From contig PS015010.1 in NCBI GenBank assembly GCA_048213135.1, positions 1,674,001 through 1,738,000 on the forward strand: a stretch of DNA of 64,000 bases, given 5' to 3'. The stretch is from Reclinomonas americana ATCC 50394 (Eukaryota). The stretch's first letter is position 1; each line of letters starts with the position of its first letter. Both the position numbers and the translations under genes were made by a program. The notes under the pieces are model-generated. The model saw only the letters and a list, made by a program, of their open reading frames with translations. It had not been told where the DNA came from and did no database searches. Positions 9,541 through 19,176 of the stretch are shown here, in pieces.

Positions 9541-10146
9541 TTATACTACAGTCTCCCCTTCTTCGGGATAGAAGCCCCACTCCTGCCTGAGCCCGCTGAG
9601 CCTTTCGCCCTGGAGTTTAATGCTATCGTAATGGCCCGCCAGGTCTTTCTGCCGGTAGGCCTCGTAAAGGGTGACGGCACAGGCCACAGATATATTCAGC
9701 GATTTGATAATACCTACCTGGGGAATAATGAAGTTACCATCGGCCATACCAATGATCTCCTCGCTTACACCGCTGTGCTCGTTACCAAACACGAGTGCTA
9801 CAGGCTGGGTAAGGTTAAGTTCGTGCAGTCCCATGGCATCGGAACTGAGGTGCGTGGTATATATTTTATGGTAGCGCTTCCGCAGCTCGGCAAAGCATTC
9901 CTCCGCGTCGGTATACTGGTGTATGGTAAGCCATTTGGCGGCGCTGGAGGAGCTTTTGGCCCCCCATTTTTTGTGACGGGGTATTTTAGTGTTGAGGATG
10001 AAAATGTCCTGCAGCCCCACGGCATCGGCTGTACGCATAACGGCGGAGATATTATGGGGGTCGAATACATTTTCGAGTACTACGGTAATATCAGGCTGCC
10101 TTTTATTGAGAACCGCGGTAAGCCTGTCGTTGCGTTCTGGCGTCAT
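9541..10146 (-). CDS. trmH: tRNA (guanosine-2'-O)-methyltransferase, SpoU/TrmH family
   Basis: VLENVFDPHNISAVMRTAD, FGNEHSGVS, SLNISVA SPOUT motifs. Confidence 0.88.
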   Translation of the reverse strand: MTPERNDRLTAVLNKRQPDITVVLENVFDPHNISAVMRTADAVGLQDIFILNTKIPRHKKWGAKSSSSAAKWLTIHQYTDAEECFAELRKRYHKIYTTHLSSDAMGLHELNLTQPVALVFGNEHSGVSEEIIGMADGNFIIPQVGIIKSLNISVACAVTLYEAYRQKDLAGHYDSIKLQGERLSGLRQEWGFYPEEGETVV

Positions 10147-10151
10147 AGGCG

Positions 10152-10159
10152 CAAAGGTA
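10152..10159 (-). promoter_or_regulatory. Bacteroidota sigmaA -7 element (TACCTTTG) for trmH
   Basis: Exact TAnnTTTG, 5 nt upstream of the ATG. Confidence 0.6.
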
Positions 10160-10163
10160 GGAA

Positions 10164-10248
10164 TTAGTCGTTAGTCTCTAGTCGTTAGTCGTGAGCAGGG
10201 TAAGCCAACCGCAATCTACAGACTATGGACTAAGGACTAGAGACTAAC
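10164..10248. repeat. Inverted pair of 7-mer tracts (TTAGTCG/GACTAAG family) in a divergent promoter region
   Basis: Four TTAGTCG-like units, then four GACTAAG-like units; 10170-10190 vs 10228-10248 are 20 of 21 complementary. Confidence 0.8.
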
Positions 10249-10322
10249 CCGCTCGCCGCCCGTCAAATAAACAATTGCTTAACAAAATCATTCGATACAT
10301 TTATCCATAAAAAAATTTAGTC

Positions 10323-12356
10323 ATGACCAAACAACTACTTGCTCTTACCCTTGTGTGCGCCGGTTTTTGCGCCTGCACCAGCGCCGACAAGAAGGAGAAA
10401 CAAGCCGATGTGGTGGCCGCCAATCTCGACACCACGGTAAACCCGGTAACCGATTTCTTTGACTATGCCAACGGCGGATGGATCAAAAAGAACCCCATCC
10501 CCGGTGACCTCAGCAGTTGGGGCATTGGCCAGGTGGTAAACGAGGAAACCCTCAGCCGCCTTCGTGAGATCAACGAAAAAGCAGCCAAAACCAGTGCTGC
10601 AGCGGGAAGCACAGATCAGAAGATCGGCGATTTCTGGACCACGGGTATGGACAGCGCCAAAATTGAAACACAAGGCCTGAAACCCCTGCAACCTTATTTC
10701 GACAAACTGAATGCCGTAGCCGATGTTAAAGGACTGCTGCCTGTAGTGGCCGAGTTCAAACGTATGGGTTCGGGTACTATGTTCTCCGACTATGTATCGC
10801 AGGATGCCAAACAAAGTGATGTGATGGCCTATTACCTGAACCAGGGCGGACTGGGCCTGGGCGAAAGGGAATACTATTTTAAGACCGATTCGGCTACGGT
10901 AAACATCCGTAACAAATACGTGGAATATATCACCAAAGTACTGACCATGTCGGGCACCGACGCGGCCACCGCTGCCACACAGGCCAAAAACATAATGGCG
11001 ATGGAAACCAGGATGGCACAGGCTTCCCGTAAGATCGAGGACCTGCGTGATCCCTACCATAATTATAACAAGACAGCGGTTAAAGACCTGCCCAAATTGT
11101 CGCCCGCCATCGACTGGACCAGCTACCTGGGGACTACCGGTATAAAAGGCGTGGATTCCGTGATCGTTGGACAACCTGAATTCTTTACCGCACTGGATAA
11201 GATACTGGCCTCCACCCCGCTGGCCGACCTGAAAGCCTATGTGAAGTTCAACCTCATCAGCGACCTGTCTGCCGCCCTGCCGGAACAATACGGCGTTGCC
11301 GCTTTCGAATTCAACCGCCTGCTGAGCGGGGCCAAAGAACGCCGCCCCCGCTGGAAAAGGGTGATACAAATGGAGAACAACCTGATGGGTGAACTGCTGG
11401 GACAACTGTATGTAAAAGAGTTCTTCAGTGAAAAAGCGAAGAAACGTTACGAAGACCAGGTGGAAGCCATCCGTACCGCAATGAAGGAAAGGATCACCAA
11501 ACTCACCTGGATGAGCGACAGCACCAAGCAGAAAGCTTATGCCAAACTGGCCACCATTTCAAAAAAAGTGGGTTACCCTAATAAATGGAAAGACTTCTCT
11601 TCCATGAATATCGGCAGGGAAAGTTATGTGCAAAACCTCATCAGTGCCAATACCTGGCTGCACAATTATGAGATCAGCAAACTGGGCAAACCTGTTGACA
11701 GGGACGAATGGGATATGTCACCCCAAACGTACAATGCCTATTACAATCCTTCCAATAACGAGATTGTACTGCCCGCGGCACAACTGCTCGTACCGGGTTA
11801 TAAAGATGAAGATGTGGACGATGCCGTTTCTTACGGTTATGTAGCCGCTTCTACCATCGGACACGAGATCACCCATGGTTTTGATGATGAAGGCCGCCAG
11901 TTTGACGAAAAAGGCAACCTGGTGAACTGGTGGACCAAAAAAGACGAGGAAGAGTTCAATAAACGTGCGGCAGTTATGATCAGCCAGTTCGACGCCTACG
12001 AGCCGCTGAAAGGTTACCACATCAATGGTAAGGCTTCGCTGGGTGAAAACATTGCCGATCTGGGCGGCATCCTGCTGGGTGTGGACGCTTTCAAAAAGAC
12101 AGAGCAATACAAAAAAGGAGAAAAGATAGCCGGCCTTACGCCAATGCAGCGTTTCTTCCTGGGATATTCACTGGGCTGGTTATCGCACCAGAAAGAAGAG
12201 CAGCTGCGCAACCGCCTGCTTACCGATGTACACTCTCCTGCCAAATACCGGGTGAACGGACCTTTTGTGAACGTGGATGATTTCTATACCGCCTTCGGTG
12301 TAAAACCCGGCGATGGTATGTACAGGGCGGATAGTTTGAGAGTGAAAATATGGTAG
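10323..12356 (+). CDS. M13 (neprilysin/PepO) metallopeptidase, lipoprotein
   Basis: DFFDYANGGW, NAYY, HEITHGFD, GENIAD, DVHSP motifs; N-terminal Cys lipobox. Confidence 0.95.
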   Translation: MTKQLLALTLVCAGFCACTSADKKEKQADVVAANLDTTVNPVTDFFDYANGGWIKKNPIPGDLSSWGIGQVVNEETLSRLREINEKAAKTSAAAGSTDQKIGDFWTTGMDSAKIETQGLKPLQPYFDKLNAVADVKGLLPVVAEFKRMGSGTMFSDYVSQDAKQSDVMAYYLNQGGLGLGEREYYFKTDSATVNIRNKYVEYITKVLTMSGTDAATAATQAKNIMAMETRMAQASRKIEDLRDPYHNYNKTAVKDLPKLSPAIDWTSYLGTTGIKGVDSVIVGQPEFFTALDKILASTPLADLKAYVKFNLISDLSAALPEQYGVAAFEFNRLLSGAKERRPRWKRVIQMENNLMGELLGQLYVKEFFSEKAKKRYEDQVEAIRTAMKERITKLTWMSDSTKQKAYAKLATISKKVGYPNKWKDFSSMNIGRESYVQNLISANTWLHNYEISKLGKPVDRDEWDMSPQTYNAYYNPSNNEIVLPAAQLLVPGYKDEDVDDAVSYGYVAASTIGHEITHGFDDEGRQFDEKGNLVNWWTKKDEEEFNKRAAVMISQFDAYEPLKGYHINGKASLGENIADLGGILLGVDAFKKTEQYKKGEKIAGLTPMQRFFLGYSLGWLSHQKEEQLRNRLLTDVHSPAKYRVNGPFVNVDDFYTAFGVKPGDGMYRADSLRVKIW

Positions 12357-12370
12357 TGATGTGAGGTGCC

Positions 12371-12445
12371 GGATATAAGATACCGGATACCAGATGTCAG
12401 ATACAGGATGCGGGATACAGGATCATGGATCTTGTATCCCGTATT
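12371..12445. repeat. 7-mer tract (GATACAG/GATACCG family) ending in a hairpin and T-run
   Basis: gataccg gatacca gatgtca gatacag gatgcgg gatacag ... cttgtatcccgtat tttttt. Confidence 0.7.
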
Positions 12446-12465
12446 TTTTTTACCTCAACCTGTAG

Positions 12466-12579
12466 TAGTAACAGTTTAAGCCCCACCCTGTTGGTCATGA
12501 TGAGGAACGAAGCATCTGCCGAACCATAAAGCAGCCCTTTGCTTCGCCGGGATAACAAAAACCATCAGCCTGGTGCACT
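12466..12579. repeat. Degenerate REP/MITE-like element related to the 48283-48429 element
   Basis: Shares GATGAGGAACGA and the right end CTGGTGCACT with the 48.3 kb element; has an internal CGAAGCA/TGCTTCG stem. Confidence 0.5.
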
Positions 12580-12693
12580 GCCTCCTCACCGGCCGTTTGT
12601 TTTATTTGAAAGAGTTTCCTACATTTATTCGGGAACTATCAAAACAACTAACAACAACGCCTGGCCGGCAAGGTGCGAATACCCGGTAAACGT

Positions 12694-13317
12694 ATGAGAA
12701 CAGCCCTGAAAAAAGATGAGAAACTACTACTGATAACAAGGCAACACTGGATAAAACTGGTGCTCCCTACTTTAGCCTGGCTGGTGCTGGTGATACTGCT
12801 TTTCGTGCTGGGCTGGTTTTCCGCTTCCGCTAATTTAATCATCATACTGATCACCGCACTGGCACCGCTGTTCATGTACCTGAACTGGAAACACAACCTG
12901 TGGGCCGTAACCAACCTGCGGGTAATTGACGAAACGGGATTCATCAGCCGGTATTCCAAGGAAAGCCCGCTCGATAAGATCAACAATGTGGAATACGACC
13001 AATCGCTTTGGGGACGTATCTTCGGTTATGGTAATGTCGACATTCAGACTGCCGCCGAAATGGGAGAAACCGTATACGACCTCATCCATCATCCTAAACT
13101 GCTGAAAGACACGATTACCCATGCCCAGGAAGAATATAAAAGAGCCGCTGTTACCCACCAGGCCAACCAGCTGGCGGAAGCCATCGCTAAAAAAACCGGA
13201 ACACAACCCAGCCAGCAGATGATCGCCGCGGAGCTGGAAAAATTATTTGAACTGTTACAAAAAGGCGCTATTACACAGGAAGAGTATATTGCCCAGAAAA
13301 ACAAACTCCTGGCATAG
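12694..13317 (+). CDS. Membrane protein with bacterial PH (bPH_2) domain and C-terminal SHOCT domain
   Basis: Two TM helices; VTNLRVI...GRIFGYGNVDIQTA; ELEKLFELLQKGAITQEEY...KNKLL (SHOCT). Confidence 0.85.
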   Translation: MRTALKKDEKLLLITRQHWIKLVLPTLAWLVLVILLFVLGWFSASANLIIILITALAPLFMYLNWKHNLWAVTNLRVIDETGFISRYSKESPLDKINNVEYDQSLWGRIFGYGNVDIQTAAEMGETVYDLIHHPKLLKDTITHAQEEYKRAAVTHQANQLAEAIAKKTGTQPSQQMIAAELEKLFELLQKGAITQEEYIAQKNKLLA

Positions 13318-13403
13318 CCGCCGCCTCTTTGCTTACCTCTACACCGCTGAAAACGTACCATTGCATTGACTAACGGCTACCTATGGCCGATAACAGATAA
13401 CAT

Positions 13404-13826
13404 ATGACAACCCGTACCTTCCGATCCTCTATCAGTCTGTGGTTACTGATACCCCTTATTTTGCTCACCATGACGGTGCTCATCATCAATATAGCCATCC
13501 GTGTATGGCCGGTAGCCGCTTTTATTATACTGATGCAGTTTTTCATTCTTCATCTTTACCTTACCACCACTTACACCGTTACACCAGACGGGCAATTGTA
13601 CATCCGATGCGGATTCTTTTACAGGACGCATATCGACATACAGTCCATCAAAAGAATAACACCCTCCAACGACCCCAACAGTGCTCCCGCCCTTTCGCTG
13701 AACAGGATCGCCATCTGGCATACCGGCGGTCATGAACGGGTGCTGGTATCTCCAAGGGAAAGAGCGGAATTTATTCATACGCTTCTCGCCATTAACCCGG
13801 GTATCATAAAAGAGGAAGGTTGCTGA
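13404..13826 (+). CDS. Membrane protein with bacterial PH (bPH_5-like) domain
   Basis: Two TM helices; LYIRCG...IDIQSIKRI...SAPALSLNRIAI...VSPR. Confidence 0.8.
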   Translation: MTTRTFRSSISLWLLIPLILLTMTVLIINIAIRVWPVAAFIILMQFFILHLYLTTTYTVTPDGQLYIRCGFFYRTHIDIQSIKRITPSNDPNSAPALSLNRIAIWHTGGHERVLVSPRERAEFIHTLLAINPGIIKEEGC

Positions 13827-14131
13827 TACAGCAAACCCGCCACAACCGCGGCGGGCCCGATGCTCAAATTCAAATAACCAAATCCGGGGAATATGCTGAA
13901 GCCGTACTTTCTTAACTGACAGCTTTATGTCCCGCTTAAAAAGGTGAAAGCCCACCATGTCAGGTAGTGGGCTTTCTGATAACCATGCCAGGATATCCAA
14001 TCCGGGTAAAAAGTGGTCAGGATTTTTCAGCAAGGATACCGGATCATATTAAACGGGGAAAGCCTTAATATATACGGATATTCCGAAATGATGGTTTTGG
14101 GAAAACCGTTTTTTTTTGATTTTCTTTTCGG

Positions 14132-15055
14132 TTATATAAAGCCCTTATAATAAAGCCATTGTAGAAGAGGCAGGCCAAAAGAGACTGCCCATACCCCCAG
14201 GAACACCCATTTTTCCGTTTTGCCCAGGTCATTGGTATAAGCCGGCAGGAGAAGCGATTCTATCCTTTGTACGATGTCCTGCTCGTCTGCCGACTGGTAG
14301 TCAGGATCGTGCCTGCGACGGAGGGCCGGGCTTTCCTGTACGAGTACTTTGCGGATGGCACTGTATTCTTCATCAGTAAGATCGTCGTAACTGCAGGCAT
14401 AATCGATCCCCTGTTGCGACAGTTTATTCTGTATGCGGATATTGTTGTGCAGGGTTATGATACGTAGCAGCAGCAACAGCGCCACAAAGGCCAGTACCCA
14501 CAGGCTGGAAAATTGAAACAGCCCCCACGCCAGCAGTGCCAGCGATACGTACAAAAAAACCAGTTGTACATAACGCCCGCCGGAAAAGAAAAGCGTCTGG
14601 AAAAACTGTCCGCCGTCAAGTGGCACCAGCGGCAACAGGTTGAACCCGTTAAGCAAAAGAAAAGGGATAGCGATTGTCTGATAAAGGTCTTCCCCCGTTT
14701 GATGAGCCATAAAAAGAAGAAGACTGCCGATAATAATACCCGGCACCGGTCCCGCCAGCAACACCAGCAGTTTTTTCTTTTTAGAAAGATTGGTAGCCGT
14801 GCCGGTAACATAAGCGCCCACAAAAGGAACGAACGTCATATTCACTTTGCGGTAACCAAACATTTTCATGGTGATAAAATGGCCGAGTTCATGAATGATG
14901 ATAACAGACACCAGCAGGGCCACGGCAGCCCAGCTTTGGAAAATACAATAATCGATGGCGATGAAAAATAACAGGCTGATGACCGTACGCCGTATGGACG
15001 TCTTATGCTGATCATCTTCGGGCTTGATGGCCGGTATGTTATCTTCTGTTTCCAA
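14132..15055 (-). CDS. Site-2 protease (M50) family membrane metalloprotease
   Basis: HELGH, LAGP and FNLLPLVPLDGG motifs; TTG start. Confidence 0.88.
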   Translation of the reverse strand: METEDNIPAIKPEDDQHKTSIRRTVISLLFFIAIDYCIFQSWAAVALLVSVIIIHELGHFITMKMFGYRKVNMTFVPFVGAYVTGTATNLSKKKKLLVLLAGPVPGIIIGSLLLFMAHQTGEDLYQTIAIPFLLLNGFNLLPLVPLDGGQFFQTLFFSGGRYVQLVFLYVSLALLAWGLFQFSSLWVLAFVALLLLLRIITLHNNIRIQNKLSQQGIDYACSYDDLTDEEYSAIRKVLVQESPALRRRHDPDYQSADEQDIVQRIESLLLPAYTNDLGKTEKWVFLGVWAVSFGLPLLQWLYYKGFI

Positions 15056-15067
15056 GACTGGAGAGGG

Positions 15068-15130
15068 AATTATGAATTATAAATTATGAATTATAAATTA
15101 TGAGTTATGAATTATGAGTTATGAATTATG
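15068..15130. repeat. Nine tandem 7-mers (AATTATG/AATTATA/AGTTATG)
   Basis: Counted directly: 9 contiguous units overlapping the 3' end of the epimerase gene. Confidence 0.9.
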
Positions 15131-16144
15131 GATGGCAACATCGCTTATGCCAAGACCGGGGAGATCGTTGCTGATGATCCTGCCTTTGTCGAATCCAACA
15201 CCTTTTGCCAGGTCTTCCGACAGCAACAGCGTGCCATCCATATCCACATAATCCAGCATGGGCGCCAGTTGGGCGATAGCGGCGGTACCAACGGAACTTT
15301 CATTCATACAACCGACCATTACTTTCATATCAAGCTCCTTTGCTTTTTTGATCATACGCAGGGCTGGTGTAATGCCACTGCATTTGGTGAGTTTGATGTT
15401 GATGCCATGAAAATATCCTTTGCACTTTTCAACGTCGTGCTCGCTTACGCAGGCTTCATCGGCCAGCAACGGCAGCTCCGATCGTTCGTAGAGTATTTTC
15501 ATTCCCTCCCAGTTGTCTTTGGCCAGGGGCTGCTCTACAAATTCAACACCCAGCGCTTTCAGTTGTGGTATTTTTTCAAGCGCCTGCTCCAGCGTCCAGC
15601 CGGCATTGGCATCCACACGAAATACGGCATCGGTATACTCACGAAGGGCTTTCACCATCTCCACATCCCCTTCCACACCTACTTTCACTTTGTATACCGG
15701 CCAGGGTTGGGCTTTCATTTTTTCTACCATTTTGTCAATGGTATCTATGCCGATGGTATAATCCGTTAACGGAGATGTGTCCATATCCAGATTCCATAAA
15801 CGGTGCAGTTGTTTTCTTTTGAGTTTACCGTAAATATCCCAGCCTGCCATGTCCAGTGCACATACCAGGAAAGGATTGGCAGGGAACAGGTGGTGCAGGA
15901 AATGCCAGTACCGCTCAGGATCGGAGAAGGCGAATTTTTCAAGCATGACTTTCCTCCTGTCGAGGTCGGCAGCCATTTGTTCCGCAGTGATATTGTAATA
16001 GGTAATAGCCGGTGCTTCGCCATAGCCTTTAATTCCCATAAAATCCAGTTCCACCAATATGCCCGGCTGGTGCGTTTTGGTGCCTTTGGAAATGGTGAAT
16101 GGGTAATGGAACGGCAGGTTGTATAATCGGTACTGTACTTTCAT
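15119..16144 (-). CDS. Dipeptide (L-Ala-D/L-Glu) epimerase, enolase superfamily
   Basis: GYGEA, YKVKVG, VDANAGW, VEQP, ADE, NIKLTKC, GCMNES, DMDG motifs. Start at MKVQYRL. Confidence 0.9.
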   Translation of the reverse strand: MKVQYRLYNLPFHYPFTISKGTKTHQPGILVELDFMGIKGYGEAPAITYYNITAEQMAADLDRRKVMLEKFAFSDPERYWHFLHHLFPANPFLVCALDMAGWDIYGKLKRKQLHRLWNLDMDTSPLTDYTIGIDTIDKMVEKMKAQPWPVYKVKVGVEGDVEMVKALREYTDAVFRVDANAGWTLEQALEKIPQLKALGVEFVEQPLAKDNWEGMKILYERSELPLLADEACVSEHDVEKCKGYFHGINIKLTKCSGITPALRMIKKAKELDMKVMVGCMNESSVGTAAIAQLAPMLDYVDMDGTLLLSEDLAKGVGFDKGRIISNDLPGLGISDVAIHNS

Positions 16145-16175
16145 GATGATCTGTTCTGTATCCCGGTTCTTTTTC

Positions 16176-18848
16176 TCAACGTCCGCCTGCCTGTATGTAA
16201 CCCTGCAGCTCTTCATTGAAGGCAGTGGCTTTGGCCAGTTCTTCCAGGGTCATGTGCATACGGTAATTCCAGTAATGATTGGGATCGGCGGGCACGTTGA
16301 TGCGCTCGTCTGCCGGTTGCTCCCTGCGCAGTTCGCCGCTGATGCCCAGCAGGTCCTGCAGTTGGAATATACTCCACATGGCAGGAGAATACAGGTGTTG
16401 TATCAGTATCTCCTTGCTGATCCAGGGTTCACAATACACCGGTGGCTCGCCGTGATGCCCCATAAGGTTATTGTAAAAACGACGGGTGGCGGCGGGCGAT
16501 TCTTCCCACCATTCCCTTACGGTACTCATATCATGTGTGGAAGGTGTAACCACGCTCAGGTAAGGCGCATCGGCCGGGTGAAAAAATTCCGCTCCGGCTT
16601 TCTTGGGCATACGCTGTATTTCCAGGCTCAGGATACCGGTTTGCTCCATCACTTCAGGAACGCAGTGCGGCACCATGCCCAGGTCTTCGCCGCATACCAG
16701 CATGTTGGTACTTTGTTTAAGTCCGGGTAATTTATGCAGGGCCTCTTTACGCCAGAGATCGTCCTGCCGTTTGTAGAAATAATTGAGGTAAAGTTCTTTC
16801 AGTTTTTGCTGCGAGTACGCATCAAGGTGGCGGAACGATTCGGTCTGTTCCATGCCAATGCGGAAGTGGAACTGCTGACCCTGGCTGTCTTCTTCTTCAA
16901 AAAAGATGACATTGCTGATCACATCAAACAGTTTTTCCTTCAGGCCGGCATCCGCATTTTCCTTACCGGCGAAGTACGCTTCTATCTTTTGTTGTGTATC
17001 GAAATCCGGTTTCAGTTCCAGTCCGTCGAAGAATTGTTCCCGTACTTCCGCTGTTGTATCGCCGAACCATTGCTCCAGCAGTTGTTGCGTAACGTAGGGC
17101 TGTGTGTAGCGATGACGTTCGAAAGAAATACCGCGTTCAAACAATTCGTTGATGCGTACGGGGATGGCGGGTACAAAACGGCCCATGATCCCTTCCAACT
17201 GCGACGCTGGAATGCTCCAGATACGGAAGAAGCCGAGGATATGGTCGATACGGAAAGCGTCGAAGTAAGCGCTCATCTGTTCAAAACGCTGGCGCCACCA
17301 GGTGAAATCGTCCTCCTGCATCTTTTTCCAGTTGTAGGTGGGGAAGCCCCAGTTCTGTCCTTTTACAGCAAAAAGATCGGGTGGCGCACCGGCCTGTTCG
17401 TGGATATTATAAAGCGCAGGCTCCATCCAGGCATCCACGCTGTATTTACCAATGCCGATAGGAATGTCACCTTTGATCACGATGCCGTTCTTATGCGCAT
17501 AAGCGGTAGCCGCTTTCAGTTGCAGGTGCAGGTGATACTGTATGAAATAATGCAGGGCAATCTGATCGTAATGTTTTTTTGAAGGATCGGCCAGTTCCTG
17601 TATGGCTTCTTCATTGTATACACTGTGTTCCGTCCATTGGTCAAACTCGGCGGTGCCGTTCTTGTCACGCAGGAAACAGAATGCCGCATAGGGCACCAGC
17701 CAGTGACGGTTCAGTTCAAAAAAACTGAAGTACCCGGTATCGCTTTTCAGCGATTTCTTGCTGGTCTTGTATATTTTTTTCAGCGCCTCCGTTTTGTACT
17801 GCATCACTTTCTCATAATCCATTTCGGGCAGTTTGTTCAGTTGCCGTTTTTTTACAGAAAGCGATTCAATAACGGGAGAATCGTCGCCTGCCACTTCTTC
17901 GAGGTTAATATACAAAGGATGCAGGGCGAAAGCCGATATGGCGGAGTAAGGATAAGAATCCTTTTGTGTATTGGTTGACGTGGTGTCGTTAACGGGCAGT
18001 AACTGGATCAGTTTAAGCCCTGTTTTACGGGCCCAGTTCACCAGCAGTTTCAGGTCGGTGAATTCGCCGGTGCCGAAACTTTTTTTACTGCGCAGGCTGA
18101 ATACGGGAATAGCCACACCGGCGCCTTTCCAGGTATTGTTGGGCACGTGCAGGAAACCATCGTGCACAATACTGAAACTCTTTTTTAAAGGATCGGCAAT
18201 AAGGCTGCGGTTGTTGCCGTCTTCAAAACGGACAAACTTCTTTTCCTTAATATTATAGATCCCGTATTTGTAAGTAATAGGAAACGGTTCATTGAACAGG
18301 TCCAGTTTCACCGACCACCAGTTATCGTCTTTGTGCAATAATTTAGGTTCATCGGTATTCCAGTTCTGCAGTACCGATCCTGAACCGGTAAGGCAAACCA
18401 CTTCATTATCTTTCAGCAATGGTGCTTTTACCTTGAACCAGTGGCTGCCCGTTTTTTTGAGTGGCGGACCGTTGACCGGTTTGTTTTTTTTCAGCAGTAC
18501 TTCCTGGAAGGGCTGGGTAAAGAAACTGTTCTCAAATTCACCCGCGGCATTCCAGGTATCCACCAGTTCCAGTTTGTCTGTTTTCAGGTGGCCCAGGTCA
18601 ATGATGCGGTCATCGCCGAATTCAATAATATCTTCCCCGTTTTTGTCACGGAGGATGTATTTGTACCGGATGGTTTTTTCGGCAGTAGCCGGGTCCATCT
18701 CTATAACGCCATGCCAGAGCTGGTCGTTCAGGTATTGGAGTGGAAAAGCATTGGAAACCGAGTCGTCACCCAAAATGGCCGTATTACCGCTCACTAAAAC
18801 CGACTGCCCGAAATGCGTGGAAAAACGTAAATAAAAGTGTAATATCAT
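16176..18848 (-). CDS. malQ: 4-alpha-glucanotransferase (GH77) with two N-terminal CBM20 domains
   Basis: GVAIPVFSLRS, QLLPVNDT, KGDIPIG, GQNWGFPTYNW, RIDHILGFFRIW, GEDLG, STHD; tandem YKY-containing CBM20 domains. Confidence 0.93.
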   Translation of the reverse strand: MILHFYLRFSTHFGQSVLVSGNTAILGDDSVSNAFPLQYLNDQLWHGVIEMDPATAEKTIRYKYILRDKNGEDIIEFGDDRIIDLGHLKTDKLELVDTWNAAGEFENSFFTQPFQEVLLKKNKPVNGPPLKKTGSHWFKVKAPLLKDNEVVCLTGSGSVLQNWNTDEPKLLHKDDNWWSVKLDLFNEPFPITYKYGIYNIKEKKFVRFEDGNNRSLIADPLKKSFSIVHDGFLHVPNNTWKGAGVAIPVFSLRSKKSFGTGEFTDLKLLVNWARKTGLKLIQLLPVNDTTSTNTQKDSYPYSAISAFALHPLYINLEEVAGDDSPVIESLSVKKRQLNKLPEMDYEKVMQYKTEALKKIYKTSKKSLKSDTGYFSFFELNRHWLVPYAAFCFLRDKNGTAEFDQWTEHSVYNEEAIQELADPSKKHYDQIALHYFIQYHLHLQLKAATAYAHKNGIVIKGDIPIGIGKYSVDAWMEPALYNIHEQAGAPPDLFAVKGQNWGFPTYNWKKMQEDDFTWWRQRFEQMSAYFDAFRIDHILGFFRIWSIPASQLEGIMGRFVPAIPVRINELFERGISFERHRYTQPYVTQQLLEQWFGDTTAEVREQFFDGLELKPDFDTQQKIEAYFAGKENADAGLKEKLFDVISNVIFFEEEDSQGQQFHFRIGMEQTESFRHLDAYSQQKLKELYLNYFYKRQDDLWRKEALHKLPGLKQSTNMLVCGEDLGMVPHCVPEVMEQTGILSLEIQRMPKKAGAEFFHPADAPYLSVVTPSTHDMSTVREWWEESPAATRRFYNNLMGHHGEPPVYCEPWISKEILIQHLYSPAMWSIFQLQDLLGISGELRREQPADERINVPADPNHYWNYRMHMTLEELAKATAFNEELQGYIQAGGR

Positions 18849-18940
18849 TCTCAACTGGGTTAACAGGCGACAATATAGCCCGTTTAAAGAAAAATTGCTA
18901 CAATAGCGGATAAAATTACGACAGATAAACTGTTCTGCCC

Positions 18941-18948
18941 TATATTTG
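18941..18948 (+). promoter_or_regulatory. sigmaA -7 element (TATATTTG) for the small ORF
   Basis: Exact TAnnTTTG, 17 nt before the ATG at 18966. Confidence 0.6.
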
Positions 18949-18965
18949 CAAAAACTTTCTGAAAA

Positions 18966-19124
18966 ATGGAAACAACTAAAAAAAGAACCGGGCTTTACTG
19001 GATATTGTTTTTAATCTCCGTAGTTGGATTTTTCGCTGTACTGTATTCGCCCCTGGGTGCTTACTGCTCTATGGTACTGCCGTTCAATACCACATTTTTC
19101 GCGAAAGCGCTCGACCTGATGTAA
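18966..19124 (+). CDS. 52-aa small membrane protein (not in ORF track)
   Basis: METTKKRTGLYWILFLISVVGFFAVLYSPLGAYCSMVLPFNTTFFAKALDLM*, with its own -7 promoter and terminator. Confidence 0.7.
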   Translation: METTKKRTGLYWILFLISVVGFFAVLYSPLGAYCSMVLPFNTTFFAKALDLM

Positions 19125-19144
19125 TCAACTCATTCAAGATAGGA

Positions 19145-19172
19145 AAGACCACCTTTTACGGGTGGTTTTTTT
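19145..19172. terminator. Terminator between convergent genes
   Basis: AGACCACC-loop-GGTGGTT followed by a T-run. Confidence 0.7.
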
Positions 19173-19176
19173 ATGC

